The notes beneath the pieces are model-generated. The model searched no databases. It was not told the DNA's origin and was given only the letters and a program-made list of their open reading frames with translations. From Callorhinchus milii (taxonomy: Eukaryota), in NCBI RefSeq assembly GCF_018977255.1, contig NW_024704743.1, positions 113,958,001-114,022,000 on the forward strand: a stretch of DNA of 64,000 nt. The letters are read 5' to 3'. Position 1 is the stretch's first letter; the number at the start of each line of letters is the position of its first letter. A program made the position numbers and the translations under genes. Positions 12,401 to 27,400 of this stretch are shown piece by piece.

Positions 12401-15400
12401 CACTTGCTGATATTGTGACTGATTGAAATACAACTTACATTAAACATATCTGTTTGCCTTTGTGACGTATAGTGCTGAGACAAGGCCAAGCTCTGAGCCC
12501 CATTTATCGTTTTTCTTTATCTGATGGCACCATGGTTATGGCACAAACCAGGAGCAAGCTTATGCGTGCTCCAAGCACCAATGAGCCTCAGTTGATCATG
12601 TCATTGCATGTTGTTCAAAGGTAAGCACAAAACATGCTTTGTGTTAATTACTTGAATTCATTGTAAACTGGAAATTGAAGCATTTCATGAGATAATAAGG
12701 ACAATATATTCCTGGATCTTGCTCATTTTTTCTATTTGGGGATACATAATGTTAAGCCATTCAAAGCCTGGAGGCAAAAAGTCTCATAAGTTATAAAGTT
12801 TTATCAAGGTCTAACAGAGTGCTAAAGTAGCAGTGAACATATATATTCCTTAATTTCAGACTCAGTTAAGGATTGAATTGTTAGGACTACCAAAAGGAAA
12901 ATTAAATTTGCATTAGCAAATTATTGCATTCATAGTCTTGTTCAGTTGCTAACACTTAAGATTTTTCTGACGTCAACTTGAATGTAATTCTGAATTAATT
13001 TATCTATATCTCTGTTTGGTTACATAGTTCAAAAGTATAACTATGAAAAAATCTGGGATCCAATATTGTGAACATAGCATTTCTGTTCCTTTCTCTCTCC
13101 CCCTCCCAATGTTTTGATCATGAATTTTGCTTGAACCTCAGAGAGCAAAATGTGTGTGGGACGAATCAGGATATGACTGGGCAAGGCATGGCAAAAAGCA
13201 TGAATCCTAATTCGAGTAGCCCAGCAACGGCAGGAGTTTCTGGTGAAAAAGCGAGTCAAGAAATGACTATGAACAGTAATACCAGCTTTGGTATGAATGG
13301 TCTAAAGGAGCAAGCCAGCATGGGGCAGGTGCCAGTCAACAGGTTTGGCATTACAGGTGGAATGAGCCATGTATCGGGCATGCCAGCAGCTATTCCTCAG
13401 GGTAGTAACTATGCACTCAAAATGGGCAGCCCATCGAGAAGTAGTCCTGGGATAAATGCTGGGCAACAGAGCTCCATGCTTTCACCGAGGCATCGTGGAA
13501 GTCCTGGAATGGTTGGAAGCCCTCGAATCTCTGCCAATCAGTTTTCTCCTGTCGGAAGCCTGCATTCTCCAGTGGGTGTGTGCAGCAGCACAGGGAACAA
13601 CCACAGCTACTCCAGCAGCTCGTTGAATGCACTTCAAGCCCTTAGTGAAGGGCATGGAGTTTCACATGGAGCACCTTTGGCTTCGCCTGATCTAAAAATG
13701 GTGACTTCACAAAATTCTCCTGGAAGCATTAATTTTTCTCAGCTAACTAAAAAAGGTAGCATGGACTCCAAAGATTCTTTTGGATTGTTTAACGAACAAT
13801 CGGAGAATACAGCTGGACAGCCGGAAAGTAGTGGACTTTCTGGAGAACAGAAGGATGGTCACGAGAGTAATTCAAATGCGTTTGGAGGTAGAGAAAGGAC
13901 TGATGGGCAAGGTAGAGCGCATGATGGCAAAGGCCATACCAAACTTTTACAATTGCTAATCGCTAAATCTGATCAAATGGATTCTTCCCCTTTGTCAAGT
14001 ATCGCTGGGGATTCTATGAAGGACTCCACGGGAGTGTCATCGGGATTGTTGTCTACGTCAACAGTGACATCTACAACTAACACCTCTTCAGCGCACGGCC
14101 CCTTACTGAAAGAAAAACACAAAATTTTGCACAGGCTTCTACAGGACAGCACATCTGTAGACTTGGCAAAGTTGACAGCAGAGGCCACAGGTAAAGAACC
14201 CAATCAGGACACGGGAAGTTCGGTTTCTGGCGCAGATGCAACTGTTAAACAGGAGCAAATGAGCCCCAAGAAAAAAGAAAATGCACTACTTCGTTACTTA
14301 CTGGATAAAGATGATACAAGTATGCAAGATATCAAGCCTAAGCTGGAACGGATGGATAGTAAGGTGGAAGCCTGCATGAGCACTAAAATGACCATAAAGA
14401 CAGAGAAGGAGATGAATTATGAATCATCTGAACAGGTGAGTGCTATTGTAAAATTAATGAAATTGTCTGAGTTGACAAAGCTGCATGATTCCACATTAGA
14501 ATTAACATGTACTGGATAGGTCTATATCTACATTAAAGGAATAATTTTGAATGGTTACTTCTACCACACCCTGATCTACATGATTTGCAGGTCAGGATAT
14601 CAGAAACTCACTCAAATTATCTGTGGGTAGAACTGAGTTTTGATTTGGGAAGGGGTGTGGAAGAAGACATTGGTTAGAGAAAATACCAGTAAAGTTTTAT
14701 TTGAGTAGATGTCTTTTTTACAAAAAGGGCCAACTGTTTAGCAAACATTTAAGTGTATCTACCAAATCACTGTTTAGCTCTCTGAGATTGTATGGCTTTA
14801 AACGTCAAAACTATTGCCGTCTTTCAGTTTCAATATTCATGGAGAAAAAAGTTGCACTTCCTGTCAGGCAGCTTTACATTGTGAACTGTATTAATTTTGG
14901 ATAATTATTTTCATAAGGGCATGAAAAGTTCTGTTTTACTTCTGCTCCCCAAGTGCCCTTTAAAATGTTAAATTTAATATATGTGAACAAAGTGTACAGA
15001 AAACATTAACTTCCCTCTCTCTTCCTGTCCCACAAGTGTTCTTGATATTTTTCTTAAAATTATTTATGAATGACTTCTAAGTTAATTAGTAGCTACAACT
15101 TCATTGTCATACGCTACAGACATTGGAGGATTGCATGCACCTAAGATCCACACCATGATTTCATGGGGACAACTCCCATTTAAGAAATTCCAGTGCCCTG
15201 AGGTCATACCACATGACCATCCAGATTGGGCTATAAACCACATTAACTTGTCCCATATTGCTTTTTTTCCCCATTGGGCATAAACAAAGTTTGAGGGCTC
15301 TTATTTGAGCTACATCACAACATGGTTGTCAGAAAGGAGGGGAGGGATAGCAGCAAGAAAGTGCTAACATACAAACAAAAAATGCTGCATCTGAAATAGA

Positions 15401-18400
15401 AAGCTAGTTAACATTTGCAACGTGACCATTGGGGAAAAACTTAAGTTCTTGCTCCATGTTTTGCATATAGAACACCAAGTTGTATTTTCTTTGCATCACA
15501 GCCTATTCAATAGCCACAATTTACTTAGTCATGTGCACTGACTGGCTTGAGACTGGACAGGACTGTCAAATCATTTTTAATATATTGTGAACCATAGCAA
15601 TGGTATTCCATGTCTCCGCCATTGCCTCACCCTCGGGCTGCTGAAACCCTCACCCACACATTTGTCACCTCAAAGCTCGATTACGGAAACTCCCTCTTCA
15701 TGGGCCTCCCCCACTCTTCCCTTCACAAGCTGCAGATCATCCAAAGCTCTGCAGCTCGTGTACTCTCACACAGCAACAAGATTGCATTTATAGAGCGCCT
15801 TTCACGTCGGGAGGAGCACCAGGCTCTGTGACCCCATCACTCCCACCCTCGCCCGACTCCACTGGCTCGCCACCCCCAGAGGATCGAGTTCAAGATCCTC
15901 GTCCTCACCTTTAAGGCCATCCTACCTCTCTGACCCGCTGACTCCCTATCAACCTGCCCGCTCCCTCCGTTCAGCGGCTTCCGGCCTGCTCCATGTCTCC
16001 CGCCCGACCTGCCCTACCATCAGTGACCGGGCTTTCAGCCTCTCTGCCCCCACACTCTGGAACTCCATCCCACCTTCCCTTCACCTCTCTTCCTCCCTTG
16101 CCTCCTTCAAGGCCGATCTCAAGACCCTCCTCTTCGATCATGCCTCTGTCGCCCTCCCACCTCTCTGCCTTCCCTCACCCCTCCCCCATGCTCGGGTCCT
16201 GACCCCTGACTGTCCAGCCCCTTGGGACATCCTCCCAGCATGAAAGGCGCTCTATAATTGTAATTTTGTTGTTGTTGTTGTTGCAGGGCTGAAATTAGAT
16301 GTTGGAGCTGTGATGTAGCCCTTTTTGAAATGTCCTCTAAAACCTAATAGAGCAGGGAACTTCAAATGTGCGTAGCAGGGGATCTCCTACATCAGCAATT
16401 TTTTTATTTACATAGTTCAGTGGAAAGGATAGTAACTTTTTTAAAATGGCTACTCTTGATTTACACTGAACAAATGGATTTCACAGCAGACTACACTTGC
16501 ACGAAATGAGCATTTTTTGTGAAATATAAATGTTAATTTCCATACACTTAGTCACAAGAGACGCACCATTAGTTATTGCATTATTGGTTGTATTAAAAGA
16601 CTAAATTACGATATGAACCTTCTATATCGGCATAATTCATTTCTCCACAAGTTTGAAAATGTAAATTACTGCTACAAGTTGCTAGAAACTTAGTCCCAAA
16701 ATAGGTCCAGAATTTTGCAGTATTTCCAGTTTTCAAATGGAGTCATGACTGTATTGTGCCACAAACTCCTCTTATTGGGTGGTTCACAGCACAGTGGGTG
16801 GATGACTTCAGGCTAATGCAACAATACTGTAGGCGTGCATCATGAATGATTCAAGCTGCAATGATCTTGCCCACTGTTTTGGTGGCTCAAACCTACATTT
16901 AAGTTCCACGTGATGAAGTTTAGATAGCATTAATTTATGCTGGGTTCAGTTTAGACTATTGGTACTAAAACATCCCCGTCACCACGCTTAACTCTCACTG
17001 CACTATTTACTGCTGATTCCTGTCCTGGACCAGAGGTCGGGTGCTTAGGAATGATATCAAAACAGCATATTTGGTGACTTTGGATGTATTGTCACAGGGT
17101 TGTGTGTGCTACGTGGTTGTCGCTCAAACTGGGGCTGATAAAGAAAGCATGAAAATTGAGACCGACATCCATTTGTTTAGCAAACTCGTTGTGCCACCGC
17201 CTCTGTTACCTCTGTTATGATCCTAGTACAGAAATGTATCTGTGAGAAGGATGATAGTGTTGCTTAGCATGCTGAATGTCATCAACATATGTAATATCAC
17301 AACGTGTGCAATATAATTCCATCTGTTACATAATTTGCCTGTTAATTACTTGGTGCTCCACATATGTCTCGTGGCACTGGGTAGAGGGGTAAAATGAGCT
17401 GTCATAAAGTAGATTGGCCTGCCTTCTTTCCAAAAGTGTGTTCGACTGAAGATAAAAGATCCAGCAGTATTTTTACGTCATTTATGTTATCGACCCATCT
17501 ATTGCAATTAATCAAATTTTATAAATGGCTCTCTCTTTATGACCACATATCATGTGGATACATTTTCTATTCACCTTTCAAAGTAAAACAATTGTCTGAA
17601 TTTGAATGGTTAATGTTTGACATGATTGCAAGTGTGAGAGATGATGCTTGAACTATTGGACTGCCATTAGCTATGGGGAATTCCAGCTCCCTGGGCCAGT
17701 TATTTAATAGCTTGTTTTTCTTTTCTCAGTTGCAATGAGGCATTTATTTATTATTGCGGCATCAAAGATTCCAAATTAGAGGCATTGATGCATTATAAAA
17801 TAATAATCCTTACATTTGGTGTAGCATCTTTCAAGTAGAGTGGTGTCTCAAACCACTAGACAGGATTTACTCTAAAGTGACTAGTTGTAAGCAAACACGG
17901 TGGCCAATTTTTGCACAACAGTGTGCCCTACAAATGGCCATAAAGTGAATCACCATTTTTTAATTTGAGGCTAGATTGCTGGTCAAGATACCCAGAGAAA
18001 CTCCCTTCACTTTTTGAATAGTATCATGGGATCTTTTAACATTTACCTGAACACGCAGATGGGACTTTCGTTTCAATATCTGATCGAAGGACAGTACCTC
18101 CAACAATACAATATACCCCAGCACTGAATTGGAGTGTCAGCCTAGGCTATATGAGTTCCAAGTCCCAGTGTGTAGATGTGAAAGGCACTATACAAATGTA
18201 ATGTTGTTGTTGTTGAACGCACAACCTTCTGACTCCGAGGCAAGAGTGCTAACAAATGAGCCAGGCTGACCATGAATTATAATTATCGTCTTGTGCATTG
18301 CTTCTGGAGGAGATTGCAACAACTGGTATGTGGATAATCATCATCCTTTGCGAATGCTTGATTGTATTATAAATCGTTTGTGAGCTCAACTGCCTAAATA

Positions 18401-21400
18401 ATGGCAGTAGAGGCGGAGATGTGCCTGAATATCACAGGTTTGCTCCGAACCCTTTTTAGGATTCTGCTAACATTATTTGGAATACAGTAGGTCACAGAGG
18501 CTGTCGGCTTCGATGATGCCTTTGAACAGTTTCTTGCAGTTCCTGTATGAAACGCACAGCAGGTGCTATCTCATATATTGTATGATACTTTCTGTCCTTG
18601 TATTGGATACAATATGCTAAACGCAGATGTCATTGCACGTGCGGCACTGACTTTTTCCATTGAGTCTGATCTCTTGTAATCCGAAAAAATAGGATTTCCA
18701 TCTCAAAAAATGGTTTGGGGGAAATTCAATGCCAAAAAACCTGGCCATTTTACACTAGCAATTGCTTTCAGAGGCAGCAACAACTTGCATCACACTGTGT
18801 CCTTCACGCAGGGTCTCTAGAGGCAACTTGTAGGTAAAAGCGATACTAATTGAAGCTGTGCATTTTTTTCTTTGGATGAAAAGACAACCAACAGGCTTGA
18901 ACTGTTCATTGCAGGTCTGTCTTCATACATCATGAAAAATCTGGGTCAAAGCATGCTAATTATTATTGCAGATTTGGGCTGCCTTTTGGTGTTGCTGCTA
19001 GTACTTTTAGATCACCTAATTCATCATAAATGGATAGAATCGTACTATCAACCAGATTTAAATATTTTTGACTTGTGCAGTCTAATAGGGTATGACACAG
19101 TTATTTCGATGTTACTTATCACTGCATTGTTATTCTCGCATTACTGAAATGTATTTTTTTTAACAAATTTAAAGTTAAAATGTTAGTTTTGTCCCTTGTA
19201 TCCTCCTCCTCCCATGCCTCGTGTTCTGATTAGCTAACTCCTCATAGAATGGGGATTGAACCTGGGACCTTCCTAATCTGTATTGGCTCAGTTTCATATT
19301 GGGCAATGGCTTTACCAGCTGAGCCCTCAGTTTTGTAATTCTATTTGCAGATATAGATAAATGCCAGAATCAGTCAAGTCCTTTGTTTACATTGGTTTCT
19401 AAAGCTTGCCTTCCATTGCAGAGCAATGAATAAATAGACTCGTTCACCTCAACAAGTTTTTGATATTTAAATGTTTGAGAGTTTGAAAGTTTATAGTTTA
19501 ATATATATGTTTTTTAATATTGAAACTGGCAGCACTAACATATTTGTACTTTTGAGTCCTTTGCATTGTGCAGTGAAAACAATTAAAACTACAGGAGCTA
19601 CTAAGACAATTAGGAACAGGAATCCTGACTAATTATTTCTCGCTCTACATATCCCAGGGGTGCTGAGGCCAATTGCAGGACTAACACAGCTAAGATTAGC
19701 TAGCCCTCTGGGGACTTGAACCTTGGATCCTCTGGGTTTCCATGGCTCAGTTTCACACTAAGCATGGCTTTACTAACTCATCTCATCCAACAAGGGACAT
19801 ACAAAATGTTTCATTTTGTAAGATTATTTTTGATTGAAGAGAGAGTTCAGAATATAAATAACTCCTTGCCTCTTTTAATTTTATCTTAGTGCACTGTAGA
19901 TCATTATGCATCAGGTCAGTGTTTCCTCATGTTCCTACAATAAACCATTTGTGAGTTTTGTCCCTCCATCTTTCCTTCTCTCCTTCTGTTCTGATCAGCT
20001 GACTCAGGACAGATTTGGGGATCAAAACTGGGACCTTTGTAATCTGAGGACTCATTCAAGCCATTGCCCAACGTTAAACTGATCTAGCATAGATTATGAA
20101 GGTTCCAGGTTTTATCTTTTGTCTGTGTTGAATTAGCTAATCAGAACACAAAGAGGGAAGGGGGATAGTATACGGAAAAAAAAACAGTAATTTTAATTAA
20201 ACATTGTTCAAATAATACATCTCAGTAACAACAAATCGAGGAATTGTTGAAGTGACATACAATGACTTATTATTATCGTGAAAAAATAGTGAAATAGTTT
20301 ATATTCTGACCTCAATAGCTCTGTGGCTAACGCTATTCAAAACACTCAGCTGATCTGTTTCAACTTCTTACCTTCTCCAAACCATTGCTACCAAGAACCA
20401 CTTAAATTGTGGGCTCTGAGTCTCTAGCTTGTCATGATGGAAGATTATGTTCAGAGCTCTTGGCTGCACATTATTCTTTCTAATGCCAAATTAAAATATA
20501 CTCATGGATTTATGATAACGTGCTATAAGCACTCCAAGACACTACCCTGTGTGAAGGGAGCTACATAAGTACAAGTTGTTGTTGGTTGTATATCACGTGC
20601 AAGGATTATCATGTTTGAAGTGTCTTAAAGTTTCGCAGCAATTGCTGTTGAATGTAGTGACTAATTATAGGCAAATGGCACAGCCAATTTATGCACAGCA
20701 ATGTCCCTCAAACAGCCAGGAGATTAATTGGCAGCTGCAGTTTAATGCAGGTAAATGTGAGATGCTACCTTTTTGGGGAGAGAGACATGGAAGTATAACC
20801 TGATAGCTAAAACAATTGAAACAGAGAAATCTGTGGGTACCAATTCATAGATCACTGAAGGTGGGATTGCAGGTACAGAAAGCTCTGAAGAAGGTAAATG
20901 GCATTCTGAGATTAGTAAATGGGTTATTGAATGTAGAAATCGGGAATTGTGTTGGAATTGTGTATAAAGTTTGTTCGGCCACAGTGTTAAGGATGTCTTT
21001 AGTTTTGGGCTCTCCATTACAGAACGAACGGATACTTAGAGATGGAGGGGTGCAGCCCAGATTCACTAGAATGTCTGGTATGAGAAAATATACATGCAAA
21101 TCGACACTATTATAATGAAGCAGGTGAGGGACCACAAAATAAGAATCCACATTGTAGATGAGTGTTGTAGTGCTGCCACTGGCCAAATATTCTGGGTTTG
21201 TCAGGGTTGCCACTGAAGTCAGAGCTGTGTTGCACCTGCTCAATATACTCTGGAAGCAGGATATATAGCATTTCCATTTAGTCCGATCTCATGGTATTCC
21301 AACATTATTCCCAAACCAGCAATGCACTGAATCTATACCGGGATCACACTGCAAGGAGAGAATCTGGTACATTAGGGCTTTTGACGCTGGAGTAGAGGAT

Positions 21401-24400
21401 ATAGAGAGGGGATATTGTGCCTGAAAGGGTGGTGGTGGAAGCCGATTTGATATCAACTTTCTAGAGAGAAGTAGATAAATATTTGGGGAGGACAAATTTG
21501 TAGGGCTATGGGGAAAGAACGGGAGAGTGGGATTAATTTGGACAGCTCTTTCAAAGAGCCGGCACGGACACGATGGGCCTAATGGCTTCCTTCTGTACTG
21601 TATGATTCTATTGTATAGATGTTTTAAAATAGTGAAGGAGAAGAGATAGAGAGAAACTATTATGCAGATCTTTTAAAATACTGAAGGAGCATGACAGGCT
21701 AGATGCGGAGGGTCAGGGGGGCGACTTTTCGTTGAGTAATCAATGACAAAGGGGTCATAGTTTCAACAACAACTTGAATTTATATTGCATCCCTCACACA
21801 GGGTAGCATCCCAGAGCGCTTGATAGTGGCGGAGCATGACGCTGAGCCGGGTGGAGGGGGAGTTGACCGTAGGCATAGTTGAAATGGAAGGTCTTCAGTC
21901 ACGACCTGAAGATGGGAAGGGAAGACGGAGGGATAGAGGAAGTGGGTTCCAGAGTTTCGGGGCATAGTGGCTGAAAATGTGGCCGCCGATGGTGGAACGG
22001 AGGGTATTAGTGACATGCAGGAGGCTGGAGCCAGTTGAGCGGAGGCTGTGGGTTGGGAGAGTAAGCAGGCCGGAGAGGTAGGGCATGAAGGGATTTGAAA
22101 ACGAATGTGAAGATCTTGATATCGATCCGTTTGGCGATAGGGATCCAGTGGAGCCTGGCTACAACTAGTGTGATGGGGTTTGTTAGAAATATTAGGAGTG
22201 AAATTAGAAGGAATTCTTCTGTTCAATTTTTTTCTGTTTTCATGTATCCAAGTCACAAATTGGGTTTGATTTTAACTTCTTGTGCGTGACTTTTCATGGT
22301 AAATACTGAACCTGGTAATAGACTGTTACATGACGAGCCAAATATCTAGTGCAGCCCATGTAATGAGTGGTCTCTGCTGGTGATGGTAGTGATAGCTTAC
22401 ATCCAGGGGGTTGAAAGCAGCCATTTAACTGCTTGATGTACATTGAAATTACAATTCAGGGATATCTTGGCAAATTAACTGGCGATGTTTCAATCTGGCA
22501 GTGATCTCTTAAAGCAAACTGATGCAGATCCCCATTTCACTCCCAAAACGGTGTATACTTCATCTTGGTTTCAGTCCCAACTTGAATTAGACGTTTATCC
22601 AATAAATACAGCAATCACTGAAATGCAAAATATGAAATCAGCTAATAGTCTTGACATTATGGTTGCAATTGTATTTTTTTCAAAGATTTGACTTGATTTG
22701 TTTTTCAAATTTTGTACAAAAGCTGGTCATATGCATAATGGAAATTCTGTGAACTTCGGATTAATTTGGCAGAATGATTTTTAGATGATCTGGCTTCTTG
22801 TATTTAAGTGGGAATTGTATTTGTGTATAGGCTCTCTGGGTTATTTCTGTCATTGCTGTTTGTATGTCCCTGATTTTATCATTCTTTATCTCAGTCATCC
22901 ATTTTAATGTTTATTGCCTAGTATGATACTTTGCCCGGAGATTTGCCAAATGTTTGTTGGCCTGACTTCTCTGGCTGTAATCAATCCAACTGAGTCTTTA
23001 GCTGAATTGAAAAGCCCTTCGGGGGGCCACTTCAGAAGCATATACTTCAAATTTGCTCTCTCGTTAACAAACTGCCTATCTCTGTTTCTCTATGATCTCT
23101 GCATCTTAATTTTGTTTTAAATGGGTCAGCTTTATTTTATGAATAAAGTGGCAATGTAAATAAAATGGCACAAAGGTTTGCTGTTTCACATTCATATTAA
23201 CCGCAGAGACATTCTTTAAATAGCTTCACTGATCAAAGACCTGAAGCCGAAACTAAACTGCAGTTGAAGTTTTGGAATCGAATCAAACCAGTGGTTGCTT
23301 GCAATATATTGAAAGGGCGGCCTTGAGTGTGTTTGTTTAGATTATTAGATTGGTGATTTGTGTACTCCTAAACTAAGGAAAAGTAAATATAAGGCCCTCT
23401 TGTTTGGAAGTTTATTTTAATAACAATTTAATTTGAATCAAATTCTGTGAGACAAAGCACCTAACACACCAAGGGTTAAATTGACTACACATCCCATAAA
23501 AAATGTAAAGTCTAAAATTGTTGTGGCTATTTCATTCTGTTTCACTCTCATGTACACAAACAGTGTTACTGTTAACAGTAACATGAACCATGTTGATGTG
23601 TGTGTATTAAATGGCCAACTTGGGAGCAATGAGATATGTGAAAATAAGAAAACTCAGAATATCTGGAAGTATTTAACATACTGGCCTGGCTGTCACCTTT
23701 TCTCTACTACACTCTTGTGAATTCCAGCTGGATATATCACTCAGTTATTCGAGTCGTGTGTCAAGAAAGGCCTCGCTGACAAAGAAGCTCTCTGTGCATG
23801 TGTGTGCACACAGCAAATGTACGTGGCCTTGAATAATTCCTTCGTAGATTTACTGAACCAGATTAATGACTGCAGCAATGGAATGAGCTTTCCATACAGT
23901 TAAGCGCAATGTAAAAAAGAATAAATCTTACAACACCGGTTTATACATACAATGCAATTCTTTCTCCTTACATTTGCAGTTTTTGAAGTACATTTGATAT
24001 TCAAAACTATCCAGAAATTTTCACTTTTGAATTGTACTGATGTTTGTTGGGTAAGGTCCTTAAGAGTTGTGTTGGGACTCTTAGCACATGTTTTAACCGT
24101 GCAACAGAGATCAGAAACTGGCTTCTTAGAAAATTGTAAAAGAGTTGTTAATCCTGAAGAAATTGGTTCATTCCGCTTGCTAACCCAAACCAGAACATGT
24201 ACAATTGTTCGTCACCTGCATATAAAATATGCAAGCAGAGTTAACGAACACTAACTAGCTCAGTGCCTTTGGGTTGCAACTGAGCATTGGAACACTACCT
24301 TTCTATCACTGAGTCTCAGCTTCATGTTTTAAACCTGTGTGATTCTCAAGAGGTTCAGATGCACTAATGAATACATTGTTGAGATTCAGTTGAATTCAGC

Positions 24401-27400
24401 AAAAAAAATCATTCCTGGGGTGGAGAAACTATGTTCCAGGGTACTTAAATCAAGGAAGAGAATTGAGAATCAGTGATGTTCTCAGACAGGGAATCTTTCT
24501 TTAAAGATACTTAACAGGAAACAGGATAGAACAAGTAAAGTTGGAACAATACTTAATATACGCCAAGCCAGCAGGACAAAGAAGCACAGGTTCAAGATTG
24601 TGGAGAGCCAATTTTAGACTGATATCAGGAAGTATTTCTTCAACCAGGGCAATCAACAGCTGGAACAAGTTAAAGTTGTCTTGGCTGCTTCTCGGATTCC
24701 TAGGAAACTGTTATACACTTAGGAAAATGTAGGGTTCGTATTGTGGAAAACCGTGATCAATTAGGCCGAAGGACATTTTTATCCACACATCCTGTCAATG
24801 CTCATACGGTAGCTTGTAATTTTCTTGCCAGCAATGAGATGTGATGGATTACATGAGATTTATCCAGTTCTGATATTTATCAGTTCTTAGTTGTGATGAT
24901 GATAATAATTATCTCTGCATTCATGTCGGGTGGTTGTCTCAAAGTTCTACACAGGAGTTAGTGTGAAGTAGAGTGATTGTGTATTTGTAGAGGAAGACAA
25001 ATTTGTGCACAGCAATGTCCCACAAACACCCTTGAAACAATGAACATATTTTATAGCCATACTTGCATGAAGCATGACTTGCAGGCAAACTTGTATAAGT
25101 TGGATCTTATACGACTAACTCATAACAGTAAACATGTACCTTGTTTCTGCGCTTGTTTCAACTGAGTACGCTTCTGCATATGCAGTACTTCACCACTGCA
25201 GCACATGCAGTGACGGGTCAAGGCTTTGGTTCCCGCACTTGTTTCAAGCATATTCGTATTTCAATGCAGCTGGTAAGTGCAGTAGGGGTGTTACGAGTTC
25301 GGAGATGAGTTGGATTGGATTAAGGATGTATTTGGGACCAAGAAACTGTTATGATTTAGCCATTTCTTCAATTTATAAAATATGACTAGTTCAAAGAAAT
25401 CTTAAGGAAACTATAGAAAACTGAATGGGACTCGAATACATGTACGACTTTAGCGATTTATATGATTTATAAAGGTAAGACATGGGTGAGTTTTAACCTA
25501 ATTGATTTTGGAAGCTGGTCAGAGGACGACTGATAGTAAATAAGTGTTGATCTGGATATATAATTGGACTAAATTTTTGAACTCCTTAAGTCTGTTAAGG
25601 CTGGTCTTGTAGAGGTTGTAAAAGAGTTGTATTATACTAAAATGTGTCCTCGACCTTGTAAAAAAAATTCTAAATATGTAATTTAATAATAATAATCCTT
25701 GCATTTGATATAGCGCTTCTCACGTCTTCTAGATGTCTCAAAGCGCTTCACAGAATATACTGTAAAGTGAATTGACCGTATATTTGTGGGCGAAACGCAG
25801 CAGTCAATTGCGTACAGCAGTGTCCTACAAACAGTCATGGATTAAAAATGACCAATTTATTATTGTTTTGGAGGGATTATTATTAGGCATTTGTTACTGA
25901 CTAAAATGCATGGCAGAAACTGTAATTAAGTTAATTAATTGATGCTGGAAACCAAATTAGCTGGGCCATCTACCAACTTTACAGAATCATTGAATGTTGC
26001 AGCACAGAAATGGGCCATTTGGCCAGTCGAGGCTGTGCTGTGCTGGTGTTTTTCTCCATACCAAATCAAATTCCACGGACTGCATGATTTCCATGCCCTT
26101 TAATATTCATTTCAAAGCATCTATCTAATTTCAGCTTAAACACATTTTTGAACTCTGCTTCAACTAGTTTGCGGCAGATTCCACATTCCAAACCCGCTCT
26201 GTGTAAAGAAATATTTTTAACCATTTAATTCCTTCTTGCAATTATCTTAAATTTCTGATCACTTGTTGCTGACGGAAATTGGCTCTTGCAATTACTTCAG
26301 GAGAACTCTCCTCATTTGCTTATAAGATGGGGTCCCTGTGCACCTGGATTGATTGAGTCCGATACATGGACTGAATTAATATGCTCTCCACACATTAAGG
26401 CTAGTTTCAGGGGTGTCGGGTCTTTCCCGATGTCTCTTCCTGTGAACGCGTGTGATGCGCAGAAACACTGCTAATGTCATTTCCTGTGCATGCACACGGT
26501 TGGAGGAAATCATCATAATAATAATCTACGTTTTAAGAGATTGGATTTAGCCGACCTCATTATAATGGGAGTTGTACTGAATTTGCTTATTGAAGGTGAG
26601 CAACGTAGTGCAGGACTCTCTCTGCAGTAGGTGGAACCACAGGAGAGCATTTATAAACCCAGATTTTCTCATCTAAATTTGGGCCAGGATGTAATCTGTA
26701 GGATAATCTCCTGTAGGTATGCTCTTTTGCCAGACGGACTAAATTGATCTATGAAGCAAAGGGAAGGGGGGAAAACTAATATATACTACAATAGCAAGTA
26801 TGCCTATCATCTCACCTTTGCACCAGCCTATTTATTATGCATTAGAATTTTGATGTATTGCAATGCATACACCTGGGTTTGCAACATCAATTGCACAAAA
26901 CAACAACAACTTGCATTTACAAAGCGCTCTTCACAAGGGTAGGTTCTTGGAGAAGGTGATTGTAAACACGGTCGAAGAGGAAGCTCTTCAGTTGTGATCT
27001 AAAAGAGGGGAAGGAGGGGACAAGACTGAGGGATTGAGGAAGAGAGTTCCAAAGTTTTGGGGAGTAATGGCTGAAAGAGCAGCCGCCGATGGTTGAGTGG
27101 AAGGCATGAGGGACGCGCAGGAGGCCAGCCGAGCGGAAGCAGTGAGTAGTGGAGTGGGGAGAGAGGAGGTCAGAAAGGCAGGGAGATGCCAGGGCATGAA
27201 GGGATTTATAGACTAGTGAGATGATCTACTGGACAATAGCCAGCTCTGGAACAGTTTGGATCGGCTGTACTGTGGTCCATCAGAGCATGACAGACTACAC
27301 TGTGATCAGTTTTGCTTCAATGTTTTCAACTCTTGTGGAATCTTTCTACGTAATACATGCCTTGAATCAACGCTGTAATTACAGATCTCTTCCCGCCTTC

